The translations under genes were made by a program, and so were the position numbers. This document shows, piece by piece, positions 37,321-46,846 of a stretch of 64,000 bases of DNA. This DNA is from an uncultured Candidatus Saccharibacteria bacterium (GTDB lineage Bacteria > Patescibacteriota > Minisyncoccia > Phycocordibacterales > JACOZG01): positions 213,077 through 277,076 of the forward strand of contig CAZYXJ010000001.1 in assembly GCA_964651115.1 (NCBI GenBank), in the 5' to 3' direction. Within the stretch, counting starts at the first letter, position 1. Each line of letters starts with the position of its first letter. The notes under the pieces are model-generated. The model did no database searches, was not told where the DNA came from, and was given only the letters and a program-made list of their open reading frames with translations.

Positions 37321-38004
37321 CTAAGCGGTGGGAACGGGAATCGCGGTAACGTCACGAAAGCGGAGGATGCTAGAACTATGATCCCAACCACACCCGACGT
37401 CTTCAAGGTCGATACTATCCCGGCCCAGCTCGCCCGCATCAAAATGGCGAGATAGCGATGGCACCAAATGGCCCTGAACAGGATGTTGATACAGACGCTC
37501 CTTCTTATCAAAAGAGGTCCAGAATAACATCCTAGGAAAATCCCTTCGACACTTCTGCCAGATAATGGCGATCCCCTGAATGCCAGTAAGAAGACCATTC
37601 TTACCAGAAGCCAGCTCCAGGCACTCCTCAAATCCCATCACCCGACGCGGCTTAATGTCAAAAACATCCACCTCGTAGGCGTGGCCGGGAATGAGACGAT
37701 GACTCGGCTCACGGTAATGTTCGTCACCAATTACCTCTTTTGAACACAGAAACAAACTATTGGGCAACTTCGACAGAGCCGTAGCGTGTTCGTAATCGAC
37801 ATCGACAACGAAAGAGAGGGTGAGGCGTAAATAAAAAGGCGGACCGTCAAAACGCCAATCACCAATGAATTTCGCCACCACATCACCGAGTCCGGGAGCA
37901 TTGTTGACACGCTCGGCCTCGTCTTTGGACAGACGGGCCTTGTTGTAAGCCTCTGCCACCAGCTTAAGGAACTGGCGGCCTTCGGGACCGTCGGCCTGAA
38001 CCAT
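37321..38004 (-). CDS. Hypothetical protein
   Basis: 227-aa ORF with good coding potential and no recognised motif. Confidence 0.4.
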   Translation of the reverse strand: MVQADGPEGRQFLKLVAEAYNKARLSKDEAERVNNAPGLGDVVAKFIGDWRFDGPPFYLRLTLSFVVDVDYEHATALSKLPNSLFLCSKEVIGDEHYREPSHRLIPGHAYEVDVFDIKPRRVMGFEECLELASGKNGLLTGIQGIAIIWQKCRRDFPRMLFWTSFDKKERLYQHPVQGHLVPSLSRHFDAGELGRDSIDLEDVGCGWDHSSSILRFRDVTAIPVPTA

Positions 38005-38217
38005 CGAAATTACCTCCTTTTATGAAGATCTGTTTTGGTTAATTTACCTGATTTGACCCGTTAAATTTATATTATATATAATCTTAACTGTCAACATAAG
38101 AGCGATAGCGAACGATATATCTCTTTACGTGCGGTCAAATTCGGCAAGCTTTTTTAAGCACTGAAGAACGGCTGACTCACGTTGATAAAAGATGATTTTT
38201 AAAGTAGAGTTAGCCAC

Positions 38218-38910
38218 ATGAAGGATCCGGGAACTCAGCGGCTTAATAAACGTCTGGCCGCTGATGGCTTGGCCAGCCGTCGCGAAGCTGATGAGCTAAT
38301 CACGAAGGGTTTGGTGTGGGTCAATGGCCAGAGGGCGGCGCTCGGCCAACAGGTCGCCGCCGGCGACCAAATAGAAGTGCGCCGCCCCGACCCCACTTAC
38401 CACTACGCGCTCTACCACAAGCCGCGCGGCGAAGAAATGAAGGAGGTCTACGCCTGGCAAGGCGCCCAGCTCCAAGCGCTTGGCCGACTCGACAAAGAGT
38501 CGCGCGGTCTGCTCCTGCTCTCCGACGATCGTCGCCTCTCCGCCCGTCTACTTGATCCAGAACATGGCCACCCCCGAGAATACGTTGTTGAAGTCGACAA
38601 ACATCTCTCACCCTCCTTCGCCCGCCTCCTCTCCGCCGGCATCGACATCGAAGGTTACCACACCCAACCAGCGGAGGTGACAATCCTCGACGACCGCACT
38701 TTTAAAATCATCATGCGCGAAGGAAAAAAACATCAGATCCGCCGAATGTGTTCTGCCCTCGGCTTCCAAGTCACTGACCTACTTCGCACCCGCATCTCCA
38801 ACCTGCGACTAGGCAACCAAAAACCGGGCTCTGCGCGAGAGCTCCGGCCAGTGGAAAAAACTAAACTGTTAGAGACGTTGGGTCTTACTCAATCTCGTAG
38901 CGAAGAGTAA
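38218..38910 (+). CDS. Pseudouridine synthase, RsuA/RluB family (S4 domain + catalytic domain)
   Basis: N-terminal S4 RNA-binding motif (RLNKRLAADGLASRREADELITKGLVWVNG), catalytic Asp in GRLDKESRGLLLLSDD, and a ...HQIRRMCSALG... motif. Confidence 0.8.
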   Translation: MKDPGTQRLNKRLAADGLASRREADELITKGLVWVNGQRAALGQQVAAGDQIEVRRPDPTYHYALYHKPRGEEMKEVYAWQGAQLQALGRLDKESRGLLLLSDDRRLSARLLDPEHGHPREYVVEVDKHLSPSFARLLSAGIDIEGYHTQPAEVTILDDRTFKIIMREGKKHQIRRMCSALGFQVTDLLRTRISNLRLGNQKPGSARELRPVEKTKLLETLGLTQSRSEE

Positions 38911-39682
38911 CCGTCACCATCACCTCCTGCGAACCTGGCTCAACCGCCACGCGAGGAGCGGCACTCTGAGCCACCGACATCTCCATCATCCCACCGTAAC
39001 CATCCTTGGCGTAAGGATAAGGATAACCGTAGCCACCCTCGTCGATGCCGAGCAAACGACCAACCTTAAAGCCACCGGCCTTGGCAATCTCTTTGGCCTT
39101 CTCTTTGGCTTGAGCAATCGCCTCAGCGCGAGCTTCGCTCTGAGCCGCCGTGGGATCATCTTGCGTAAACGCTAGCTGGGAAACGCTGTTGGCGCCGTTA
39201 GTGACTACACCAGAGAGCAAGCTGCCAACTTTAGCAAAGTCACGAACCTTAACGACGACACGCAAGCTAACCGTGTAGCCCACGATCGAAGCCGGTGGAC
39301 AGGTCGTCACGCCATTGGCGTAAACAACGCCGCCACAGTAAGAATTCTGATAGCGAGGTTCCACGTTGTAACCCTCGGTGCGGATATCAGCATCGGCCAC
39401 GCCCTGACCCTTAACGAAAGCGATGGCTCGCTCTGACTTGGCGGTATTTTCCGCCTGGAGCGCCGCTAAATCTTTGCCGCCCTCGGTGATCACACTAAAA
39501 CTAAACTCCGCCACGTCTGGTACGGCAACCGCCTTACCCTCTCCCATAACGGAAAAACTCCGATAAGTGGATGGCTCAACCGTCCGCGCGTAAGTACGGG
39601 CATAAGACCAAGCCGCCACCCCCACAAGCAATACTGCGATAATCACGGCAATGCCGAGATAATTTTTTATTTTTTCGGTCAT
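38885..39682 (-). CDS. SIMPL-domain protein (DUF541; periplasmic immunogenic-protein-like), membrane-anchored
   Basis: 265 aa with TM anchor and the SIMPL two-repeat pattern. Confidence 0.55.
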   Translation of the reverse strand: MTEKIKNYLGIAVIIAVLLVGVAAWSYARTYARTVEPSTYRSFSVMGEGKAVAVPDVAEFSFSVITEGGKDLAALQAENTAKSERAIAFVKGQGVADADIRTEGYNVEPRYQNSYCGGVVYANGVTTCPPASIVGYTVSLRVVVKVRDFAKVGSLLSGVVTNGANSVSQLAFTQDDPTAAQSEARAEAIAQAKEKAKEIAKAGGFKVGRLLGIDEGGYGYPYPYAKDGYGGMMEMSVAQSAAPRVAVEPGSQEVMVTVTLRYEIE

Positions 39683-39691
39683 GGTTGGATT

Positions 39692-40459
39692 TTACCCCAA
39701 GCGGGCCTCCAAATACAAGAACAGAGGAATTTCTTTACGGGCCAAATCCTCGGCCGCCTGCCGGGGGCCGCGCTGGCTCTCACGGTGTGACACCCACTCT
39801 TCTAAGCGCGAAATCACAAATCCTTGATTAGTCAATAGTTTGGCATACCACTGGAGCGGCCGATGGAACGAGAGAGTGGTCACGCCCGGCGCTGACCCAG
39901 GATGCATCTGGATCTCGGATCGCTGTTCCGATAAGTAGCGATCGACTCGTCGATACTGACGGCCCTCCGCCTCATCCCAGCCCCAAGCCGAAAATTTAGG
40001 GATGCGAAAAGCGGGATGATTAAGCACCAAAATCAAACGCCCGCCGGGAGCTAGCACGCGACGGACCTCGGCAAAAACCTCTTTAACTTCTGCGATGTTC
40101 TGGATCGCCAAAATGCTCATGACCACGTCTTGCGAAGCCGGCTCCACCATCCCCAATTTATGCGCCGGCGCTACAAAGTAAGAAATATTTTTTGTCTCGG
40201 CCTGCTTGGCCAGGGCAATCAGCTCGGCCGAAAGATCAACCGCGGTAATCGGGGCTAAGCCAGGGCAAGCGGCCAAAAGTTCGCGAGAGAAAAATCCCGA
40301 ACCACACGCCAAGTCGAGCACGCGCAAGCCTGCCTTGGGCGCCACTAGGCGCAAGAGATTAGGCAAAATCACCCGACGTTGAAAACTATCCTCATCCGTC
40401 GAGAGTAATTGATTGTACCAATCGGCGACCCCACCCCAAGAAGTCTCTGGCGTCTTCAT
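39692..40459 (-). CDS. Class I SAM-dependent methyltransferase
   Basis: VLDLACGSGFFSREL motif I, Methyltransf_11-like, ~255 aa. Confidence 0.7.
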   Translation of the reverse strand: MKTPETSWGGVADWYNQLLSTDEDSFQRRVILPNLLRLVAPKAGLRVLDLACGSGFFSRELLAACPGLAPITAVDLSAELIALAKQAETKNISYFVAPAHKLGMVEPASQDVVMSILAIQNIAEVKEVFAEVRRVLAPGGRLILVLNHPAFRIPKFSAWGWDEAEGRQYRRVDRYLSEQRSEIQMHPGSAPGVTTLSFHRPLQWYAKLLTNQGFVISRLEEWVSHRESQRGPRQAAEDLARKEIPLFLYLEARLG

Positions 40460-40461
40460 GA

Positions 40462-41193
40462 TTAGCGAACCACAAAACTGGCGCGCACCGTCACCATCAC
40501 TTCCTTAGCGATACTGCTCGTGTCGTACTCTCCGTAATCACTGACGTTGATCGAATTGGGCGACAAGACCTGCACCACCCCACTGGCGGCCGACTTAAGG
40601 GCGCCAACTCGCTGACCACTAGAAACCGCCAACTGTTCCGCCCGAGCTCGAGCATCCCTAATCGCGTCCGCCAAAAGCGAGACGCGCAACGACGCTAAAC
40701 CAGAATAATAATACTCGGGCTGACCGGGAGAGAAAAATACGCCACGATTAATCAACTCGCTAGAACGTTTAGCCAAATCCGCAATTTGATTAACGTCTTG
40801 GGAGTTAACCGTTAAATGTTGGACCAGGTCATACTCGCGAGGACCTTGATTGTTATAGTCATAACGTTCGTTAACAAAAACCGGAGAGATCACCAGTGCG
40901 CCATCAGTAACCCCGTTCTTCTTTAAAAAATCAACCACCACGGCAGAGTCCCGGGCCAATTCTAAATAGCCAGACTGAAGTTGTCCGGCCGGCACCGTCC
41001 GCGAAACGCTAGATTGCCACTTGGCCGAATCGGCCGTCACCGCCTGCTTAGCCGAGCCGACCACCGACAACGAGTTATCAAAAGAACGGACACGATAAAA
41101 GGTATAGGCTCCCACTACCGCCGAAATCATTAGCGAAACGCCCACAATCGTCGCCGGCACCGCGAAAGGAATAGACCAAAATTTATTATTCAT
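40462..41193 (-). CDS. SIMPL-domain protein (second paralog), membrane-anchored
   Basis: 243 aa with the same architecture as 38885-39682. Confidence 0.5.
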   Translation of the reverse strand: MNNKFWSIPFAVPATIVGVSLMISAVVGAYTFYRVRSFDNSLSVVGSAKQAVTADSAKWQSSVSRTVPAGQLQSGYLELARDSAVVVDFLKKNGVTDGALVISPVFVNERYDYNNQGPREYDLVQHLTVNSQDVNQIADLAKRSSELINRGVFFSPGQPEYYYSGLASLRVSLLADAIRDARARAEQLAVSSGQRVGALKSAASGVVQVLSPNSINVSDYGEYDTSSIAKEVMVTVRASFVVR

Positions 41194-41209
41194 AAACGTA
41201 GTATAGCAA

Positions 41210-41731
41210 TCATTTAATCGTTTTGAGAATCAGCTCAAAATCAGACTTAATTTGGTCGGCGGGCTCAAGCCAAGTTACCGAAGCCACCAACACCTCCGGC
41301 GACCCCGGCTTAAGCCAAGCCACGCTCTCCCCTTCGTACAGACCTGACCACCGCCAGCGATGGGCCAACTGACCCGCCACCGTCGTCGTCGCCAACTCGC
41401 CCGTTGGCGAAAGCTGGAAGTTGGCCTCGGGCGCAGCCAAAATCCAATCGCGCAGACTCAACTGCCCAGCGTTTTTAAACAAATCAATCGTGATAGCCGT
41501 TGGGCCCTCAAGCGCTGGCGTCGAGCCGACTACCTCGGGCACCAGCAACACCAGGCCAAAGAGACGACTCTCTCCCTCATTTCCCGCCAACTCCGTTACT
41601 TCGTAAGACGGTGGGTAGCCGAAGCGAATCCCTAAGCCCCCACTCACAAAGGGCGTTAACTGACGAGCAAACCACCAGCCGCCAAAGATAATCAACGCAA
41701 TTGCCAAAAAGGGTAAAATCTTTTTTATCAT
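41210..41731 (-). CDS. Hypothetical membrane-anchored protein
   Basis: 173 aa with N-terminal TM. Confidence 0.4.
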   Translation of the reverse strand: MIKKILPFLAIALIIFGGWWFARQLTPFVSGGLGIRFGYPPSYEVTELAGNEGESRLFGLVLLVPEVVGSTPALEGPTAITIDLFKNAGQLSLRDWILAAPEANFQLSPTGELATTTVAGQLAHRWRWSGLYEGESVAWLKPGSPEVLVASVTWLEPADQIKSDFELILKTIK

Positions 41732-41735
41732 TTTG

Positions 41736-42152
41736 CTATCGCCAAATGGTTAGAATTAAACCAAAAATAACGAAGACTACTAACTGGTAACCCACCTGGA
41801 TCAGGAAGCGAGCCCAGGCCACTTGCCGCGAATCATTATTCCACATCGCGGTCCCGGCAATTGTCGGGACAATAAAGCCCGCCCAGATCCACAGCGCGCT
41901 CTCCACGCCGCCAAGTCCGAGCCGGACGTAATGAGCCAAAACAAAAACCTGAAAACAGGTGAGTAAAAATTGAATGGCGTAGAGCGGCGCGGCGCGCTTC
42001 TGCATCTCGCGCCGCGCGGCCAAATCAGCGGCCGTCGCGCCGATCACCTTAAGCCAAGCTCGGCCAAAGAGTGGTCCGTACCACACTGCCCCGACCACCA
42101 TCGCCGCCACCGCACACCCGATCACCGCCCAATAATTAATGATTGAATTCAT
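41736..42152 (-). CDS. Small integral membrane protein
   Basis: 138 aa, 4 TM helices. Confidence 0.4.
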   Translation of the reverse strand: MNSIINYWAVIGCAVAAMVVGAVWYGPLFGRAWLKVIGATAADLAARREMQKRAAPLYAIQFLLTCFQVFVLAHYVRLGLGGVESALWIWAGFIVPTIAGTAMWNNDSRQVAWARFLIQVGYQLVVFVIFGLILTIWR

Positions 42153-42169
42153 TTATAGGTTCTAAATTT

Positions 42170-42715
42170 CTAATTTCCGCCGACCAAATGCCACACAATA
42201 ATCGCCAAACCGCCCCACCAGCCAAGATCGGAAACAATCAGGCCCAGCGCAATCTGCCGCTGCCAGTGCGCAGGCAAAAGTTCGCTGGCTCTCCCCGCTC
42301 GCTCGCGAGCCAAAAGGTAGGGACTAACGCGAAAAGACAAAAACAGACCATTGAGAATCAGAACACCGGCAATCAATCCCAGCACCAGCGGCACTGGTCC
42401 GCTTGCGCCGCGGAAAAAGATCGATCCGCCCACCACCGCCAAAAAAATTCCCAACCAAATCAGCGGCTTGGTAACTTTGTGCGTCCGCGTCGTCGCCTCC
42501 GTCCAGTAGGCCGAGCGGCGCCCCAAAAAACCATGCAGGTCGATCACCGTCACGGCCCCCAAACCGATTACAATCCCGCCCAGCAAACCGAACAAACCGA
42601 TAAAATCCAACCAGTTAATTGAGAGCATAAATGGCGTAATTAAGATACCCGGCAAAAGTAACCCAGGCCAGGTAAGGGGCCAAGAGCCAGGCCGCGAGGC
42701 GAGAGACGCGAGCAA
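42170..42715 (-). CDS. Integral membrane protein
   Basis: 181 aa, multi-TM. Confidence 0.4.
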   Translation of the reverse strand: MLASLASRPGSWPLTWPGLLLPGILITPFMLSINWLDFIGLFGLLGGIVIGLGAVTVIDLHGFLGRRSAYWTEATTRTHKVTKPLIWLGIFLAVVGGSIFFRGASGPVPLVLGLIAGVLILNGLFLSFRVSPYLLARERAGRASELLPAHWQRQIALGLIVSDLGWWGGLAIIVWHLVGGN

Positions 42716-43091
42716 AAGATAAAATCGTTAACCCAATCGCCAGCCACAAAAAGATAATTTCCACCAAGGCCCAGCCCGGTGATTGCCAACCAAAAAAGAT
42801 GATCGACCAGAACGTGTTTAAAATCAGCTGAGCGCCAAACGCCACCAAGGCCCGACGCACCAGCGCGCGATCAGTCCCCACTCGCCAAACGACGAAAGCC
42901 GCAATGCCCATCAAAATATATAAGATCGTCCAGACGGGGCCAAAGAGCCAGTTGGGTGGGGCAAAGCTTGGTCGAACCAGCTCTGCATACCAGGAGTCGA
43001 TTGCCGGCACAGTAAACACCGAGCCAATAATGCCCGCCAACTGCGAGAGCACAATAAACCCAATTAACACCGCCCAGCGTTTTGCCGTCAT
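42615..43091 (-). CDS. tspO: TspO/MBR family tryptophan-rich sensory protein
   Basis: 158 aa, five TM helices, W/P-rich motifs (PPNWLFGPVWTILYILMGIAAFVVW). Confidence 0.75.
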   Translation of the reverse strand: MTAKRWAVLIGFIVLSQLAGIIGSVFTVPAIDSWYAELVRPSFAPPNWLFGPVWTILYILMGIAAFVVWRVGTDRALVRRALVAFGAQLILNTFWSIIFFGWQSPGWALVEIIFLWLAIGLTILSFARVSRLAAWLLAPYLAWVTFAGYLNYAIYALN

Positions 43092-43117
43092 GAGATTATT
43101 ATCCTACATTTTTTAAT

Positions 43118-43498
43118 TTATTTCTCCTCCGGCGAGAGATCCAGGCAGACGGAATTAAGGCAGTAGCGCCGACCCGTAGCTGTGGGGCCGTCATCAAAAA
43201 CGTGCCCGAGATGAGAACCACACTGCGCGCAAACAACTTCGGTCCTTTCTAAACCATGAGAACGATCAGAAACTTCCTTGACTGAACCAGGCATCGCCTG
43301 ATCAAAAGACGGCCAGCCAGTACCAGAGTCGAATTTGGCCTCGGAGTTAAACAGTTGGTTGCCGCAAACTTTGCAATTGTAAGTGCCCGTCCGCTCCTCG
43401 TGGAGCAGCTGGCCAGAAAAAGGCGGCTCCGTCCCCTTCTCCCTCAACACGCGATACTCCTCGGGAGTTAAACGTTTTTTGATTTCTTGTTCGTCCAT
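43118..43498 (-). CDS. msrB: Peptide-methionine (R)-S-oxide reductase MsrB
   Basis: 126 aa with CxxC...CxxC zinc site (CKVCGNQL ... CAQCGSHLGHVF) and the SelR catalytic region. Confidence 0.9.
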   Translation of the reverse strand: MDEQEIKKRLTPEEYRVLREKGTEPPFSGQLLHEERTGTYNCKVCGNQLFNSEAKFDSGTGWPSFDQAMPGSVKEVSDRSHGLERTEVVCAQCGSHLGHVFDDGPTATGRRYCLNSVCLDLSPEEK

Positions 43499-43560
43499 AA
43501 ATTTTCCATTGATTAATTATAGCACTGCCTACCCCTGCCGCCGCTCAGAGAAGCTGCAAA
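43499..43560 (-). promoter_or_regulatory. msrB promoter: extended -10 (TGcTATAAT) plus a GC-rich upstream element shared with msrA. Includes an 11-nt stub of the msrA start (ATGGAAAATTT).
   Basis: The 39 bp at 43514-43552 are 37/39 identical to 62048-62086. The minus strand reads TTCTCTGAGCGGCGGCAGGGGTAGGCAGTGCTATAATTA. Confidence 0.6.
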
Positions 43561-43566
43561 TTAGTG

Positions 43567-44301
43567 CTAAACTTTGCCTAAGAAAACTTTTTCCAAAACA
43601 CCACTGGCAATGAGCGTAGTCGGCTGCCCCTCGGCGACCAGTAAGCCCTTATCAAGCACGTAGGCTCGGTCAGTAATTTCTAAAAGTGATTTAAGATTGT
43701 GCTCAACTACCACCACGGCGATCTGGCGTTTCTGATTAATCTCTTTAATCGTGGCAAAAATTTCCTTCACGATCTTGGGAGCAAGTCCTAGTGATGGCTC
43801 ATCGAGAAGCAGAACCTTAGGGTCGGTGACCAAGCCGCGAGCGATCGCGAGCATTTGCTGCTGGCCCCCAGAGAGCGTCCCCGATTTGGCTTTGAGTTTG
43901 GTTTTAAGCGCCGGTAAAAGGTCGAGAACTTCCGCAATCTTCTCTCTAACTAGTTTTTTGTTCTTAATCACGATCCCGCCTAATTCCAAATTTTCCTGCA
44001 CCGTCAGATGACGGAAAACCCGGCGGCCCTGCGGTACAAAAGTGATCCCCCGCAACACCATCTCGTGCGAGACTGGGGTAACCGACTCTTCGTGCCAGTA
44101 GACTTTGCCCCGCTCGATAGGCGCCAGGCCAAAGAGGGCCTTTAGAACCGTCGACTTCCCCGCCCCGTTGGGCCCCATCAAGGCCACCACCTCACCCTCA
44201 TCAATTGCTAGCGAAACACCGTCAAGCGCCTTCACGCCACCATAGTGGACATGGAGATCCTCTAGTTTTAGCAATTTTTCTGTAGCAACAGCCGTGGGCA
44301 T
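43567..44301 (-). CDS. livF: Branched-chain amino acid ABC transporter ATP-binding protein (LivF-like)
   Basis: Walker A GPNGAGKST, ABC signature LSGGQQQ, 244 aa. Confidence 0.8.
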   Translation of the reverse strand: MPTAVATEKLLKLEDLHVHYGGVKALDGVSLAIDEGEVVALMGPNGAGKSTVLKALFGLAPIERGKVYWHEESVTPVSHEMVLRGITFVPQGRRVFRHLTVQENLELGGIVIKNKKLVREKIAEVLDLLPALKTKLKAKSGTLSGGQQQMLAIARGLVTDPKVLLLDEPSLGLAPKIVKEIFATIKEINQKRQIAVVVVEHNLKSLLEITDRAYVLDKGLLVAEGQPTTLIASGVLEKVFLGKV

Positions 44302-44307
44302 GGTTTA

Positions 44308-45327
44308 TTAATTACCAGTTAAGATCGTTGGCTGGCCACCTTTAATTTGCTTCATGATAATCGGGCGGGTGTAGATGCCGCTAGCGTTAAACTTGGCGCC
44401 TGAGAGAAGATTACTTTTGACACAGCTGTAATCACCCTTACACTCCGTAACAGCTTGGACCAAAACCTCGGTTGCTTGTTTGGAGAGTCCAAAAACCGCC
44501 CCCTCGCTACCCTCCAAATCGCCAGGGAACGAATAAATCACATCGGGTACTAACTCACGCACGGCCGGTAATTCCGCTACGTAAGTTGTATAGACCGGCA
44601 CCATCACTTTAAGTTGGCGGAGCTTGGGTACGCCGCTGCCAAAGAAGAAGGAGATATCAGGTGAGTAGATAGCGTCAACGCCAGCTTTGCTAATCTTTAA
44701 TACCTCCGGCGAGAGATCAACAGTCTCGTCGGTTAAAACAACGTCTTGAGCGATTGTGCCCTTAAAGTTTTTACGGAAGCTGTCGGCGTGAGTCTGAGAG
44801 AAGGCGTTTTTAAAGCTCACCAGCGCCACCTTGCGATGACCACGAGCAAACATTTGCTCAGCCACAAACTTCGACTCCTCTTGGAGAGAATACTGGATAT
44901 TGAAGAAGTTGTTGCCGCTAGCCGCATACAAATCTGAGGAAGCGGCGGCTGGTACAATGGACAGAACCTCCTTACCCTTTAAAAGCGGCACAACCGCCTC
45001 TTGAGGCGAGCCGCAGGCGGGACCAATGATGTATTTAGCTTTATCAAACTCCGCTAATTTTTGATAAGCAGTTACCGCCACCTTTGGGTCACATTGATCA
45101 TCCTCAAAAATCAAACTAACAGCCGTCGTACTCCCAACACCAGCCTGCACACCTCGGCGGACCTCCTCACCATAATCAGCCAGTGGACCAGTAAGCGGCG
45201 CGATTACTCCTATTTTGACAGGTTCGCTTGTGCCCACAGGGCCATCTTTTTTAACCGCCACGCCAATACCCCACACCACCAGAATAATGACAATGATCGC
45301 GATTATAATTTTTGCTGTGTTGGACAT
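44308..45327 (-). CDS. PBP1/LivK-type substrate-binding protein, membrane-anchored (paralog 1)
   Basis: N-terminal TM anchor MSNTAKIIIAIIVIILVVWGIGVA, Peripla_BP_6-like domain. Confidence 0.7.
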   Translation of the reverse strand: MSNTAKIIIAIIVIILVVWGIGVAVKKDGPVGTSEPVKIGVIAPLTGPLADYGEEVRRGVQAGVGSTTAVSLIFEDDQCDPKVAVTAYQKLAEFDKAKYIIGPACGSPQEAVVPLLKGKEVLSIVPAAASSDLYAASGNNFFNIQYSLQEESKFVAEQMFARGHRKVALVSFKNAFSQTHADSFRKNFKGTIAQDVVLTDETVDLSPEVLKISKAGVDAIYSPDISFFFGSGVPKLRQLKVMVPVYTTYVAELPAVRELVPDVIYSFPGDLEGSEGAVFGLSKQATEVLVQAVTECKGDYSCVKSNLLSGAKFNASGIYTRPIIMKQIKGGQPTILTGN

Positions 45328-45337
45328 GGTGTTTTTG

Positions 45338-46081
45338 CTATTCTCCTAAATATGCCTCAATTACTTCTGGCTTTTTTAAAACTTCTTCTGGTAAACCTTG
45401 GGCCAAGAGCTGGCCGGCGTCCATCACGATTAAGTGATCACACAACTCGCGGATTAAATCCATGTTGTGCTCGACTAAAATAATAGTTTTACCTGCCGCC
45501 CGGAGCTCTTTAATTACGCTCACCACTGTTTTAATCATCTCAGGAAAGAGTCCGGCAAATGGTTCATCAAGAAAAATGATGGAGGCCGCGTTGTCACTAG
45601 CCGAGACCATCGCGAGCACGCGCGCGATCTCCAAGAGCTTGCGCTGACCATAAGAGAGATTAGCGGCTAACTCCCCGCGCTTCTCCCACAGACCAACTTT
45701 TTTAAGGGCCGCCTCAGCCTGAGCCACATGAAAATCTTTGTGCTTCTCAAACAGTGAGGCAAAAGTGTTCCGCTCTGTTAGGACCACCAAGATGTTATCG
45801 AGCACCGGCATTTGCTCAAAGAGTCGTACGTCTTGGAAGGTGCGGGTTACGCCGTACTCGGCTGACTCATAAGCGCGCAAGCGCGAGAGCTCAACGCCAG
45901 AAATTACGATCGCCCCCGCCTCAAACGGGAACATGCCAGTGAGAGTATTGATAAGAGTCGATTTGCCCGAGCCGTTGGGACCGATCACGCCAGTGATCTT
46001 GCCGGCAGCAAATTCAACCGAGAGCCGGTCTACCGCCTTAACCCCGTCAAATTGTTTGGAGAGACCGTGGGTTTTAAGCAT
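45338..46081 (-). CDS. livG: Branched-chain amino acid ABC transporter ATP-binding protein (LivG-like)
   Basis: Walker A GPNGSGKST, LivG-typical RTFQ motif, LSYGQRKLLEIAR signature. Confidence 0.8.
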   Translation of the reverse strand: MLKTHGLSKQFDGVKAVDRLSVEFAAGKITGVIGPNGSGKSTLINTLTGMFPFEAGAIVISGVELSRLRAYESAEYGVTRTFQDVRLFEQMPVLDNILVVLTERNTFASLFEKHKDFHVAQAEAALKKVGLWEKRGELAANLSYGQRKLLEIARVLAMVSASDNAASIIFLDEPFAGLFPEMIKTVVSVIKELRAAGKTIILVEHNMDLIRELCDHLIVMDAGQLLAQGLPEEVLKKPEVIEAYLGE

Positions 46082-46120
46082 CGTAGCCTAATTAAATAGG
46101 ATGTTGCCCCGACCGTCAAA

Positions 46121-46846
46121 TTACCGTTTTGGTCTAATTGAATAGCAAACCCAGGTGTAACCCAGGGCATTATTGTAGCGCCTGCCGACAACCTCACAAC
46201 CACAATCGCTAACTAAGTTCTCCAGCACCACAAAATCAGCATTGGGATCTTTAGTATTTGCGCTTTGCAGGTTAGAGTGAGTTAAGAGTATGTAGCCGCC
46301 TGGATTAATATGGTCTCTGGCCTCCTCAAATAGTCTTCGGTGCAGGACCATCCCCGGATCATAGAGCGCTGCGGTGATGCTTGTTTTTTCTGTGGGGACA
46401 GCGTTCGTAATGGGCAGATTAGCAATTATCCGATCATATTTTTTATTCCCCATTGCTGAGAAGAGATCACTTACGAATACCGATATTGTGTCTTCTAGAC
46501 CATTTAGTTGAACATTATGTTTGCTGCAAGCTACCGCCTCCGGAATAAGATCCACAGCATCAACGTGTTTGGCCCCTTTAATAACTGCCGCAATTGATTC
46601 GACACCAGTACCGCAACCGATGTCAGCAACATCCAAACCGCTCAAATCACCAAGAGCTTCATATAATGTGCGAGAGGACACGGAGTGATCAGCGGCCGGC
46701 GGAAAAATGCCAGGGAAGACATCGATTAAGATAATTTTGCCATCGATTTCGACATTCACCCGATAAGTTCCTTGGGCTTTCTTGCGCTCCAGTTCTTTGA
46801 CCATTCCCTGGGTCTGCGGGGAATCAGCTTGTGGTTTGATTTCCAT
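46121..46846 (-). CDS. SAM-dependent methyltransferase, MTS-domain type (RsmC/PrmA-like) with a degenerate motif IV
   Basis: DIGCGTG motif I. IANLPI is found where NPPF/NPPY is expected. Start overlaps the stop of the upstream SBP gene by 1 nt. Confidence 0.6.
   Translation of the reverse strand: MEIKPQADSPQTQGMVKELERKKAQGTYRVNVEIDGKIILIDVFPGIFPPAADHSVSSRTLYEALGDLSGLDVADIGCGTGVESIAAVIKGAKHVDAVDLIPEAVACSKHNVQLNGLEDTISVFVSDLFSAMGNKKYDRIIANLPITNAVPTEKTSITAALYDPGMVLHRRLFEEARDHINPGGYILLTHSNLQSANTKDPNADFVVLENLVSDCGCEVVGRRYNNALGYTWVCYSIRPKR

Noticed and set aside
38316-38683. Cluster of Arg-rich ORFs (38316-38555 +, 38321-38683 -, 38448-38648 -, 38480-38680 +) inside the pseudouridine synthase gene
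   Set aside because: These are alternative-frame artefacts of a GC-rich coding region. The rsuA-family frame has clear S4 and catalytic motifs.
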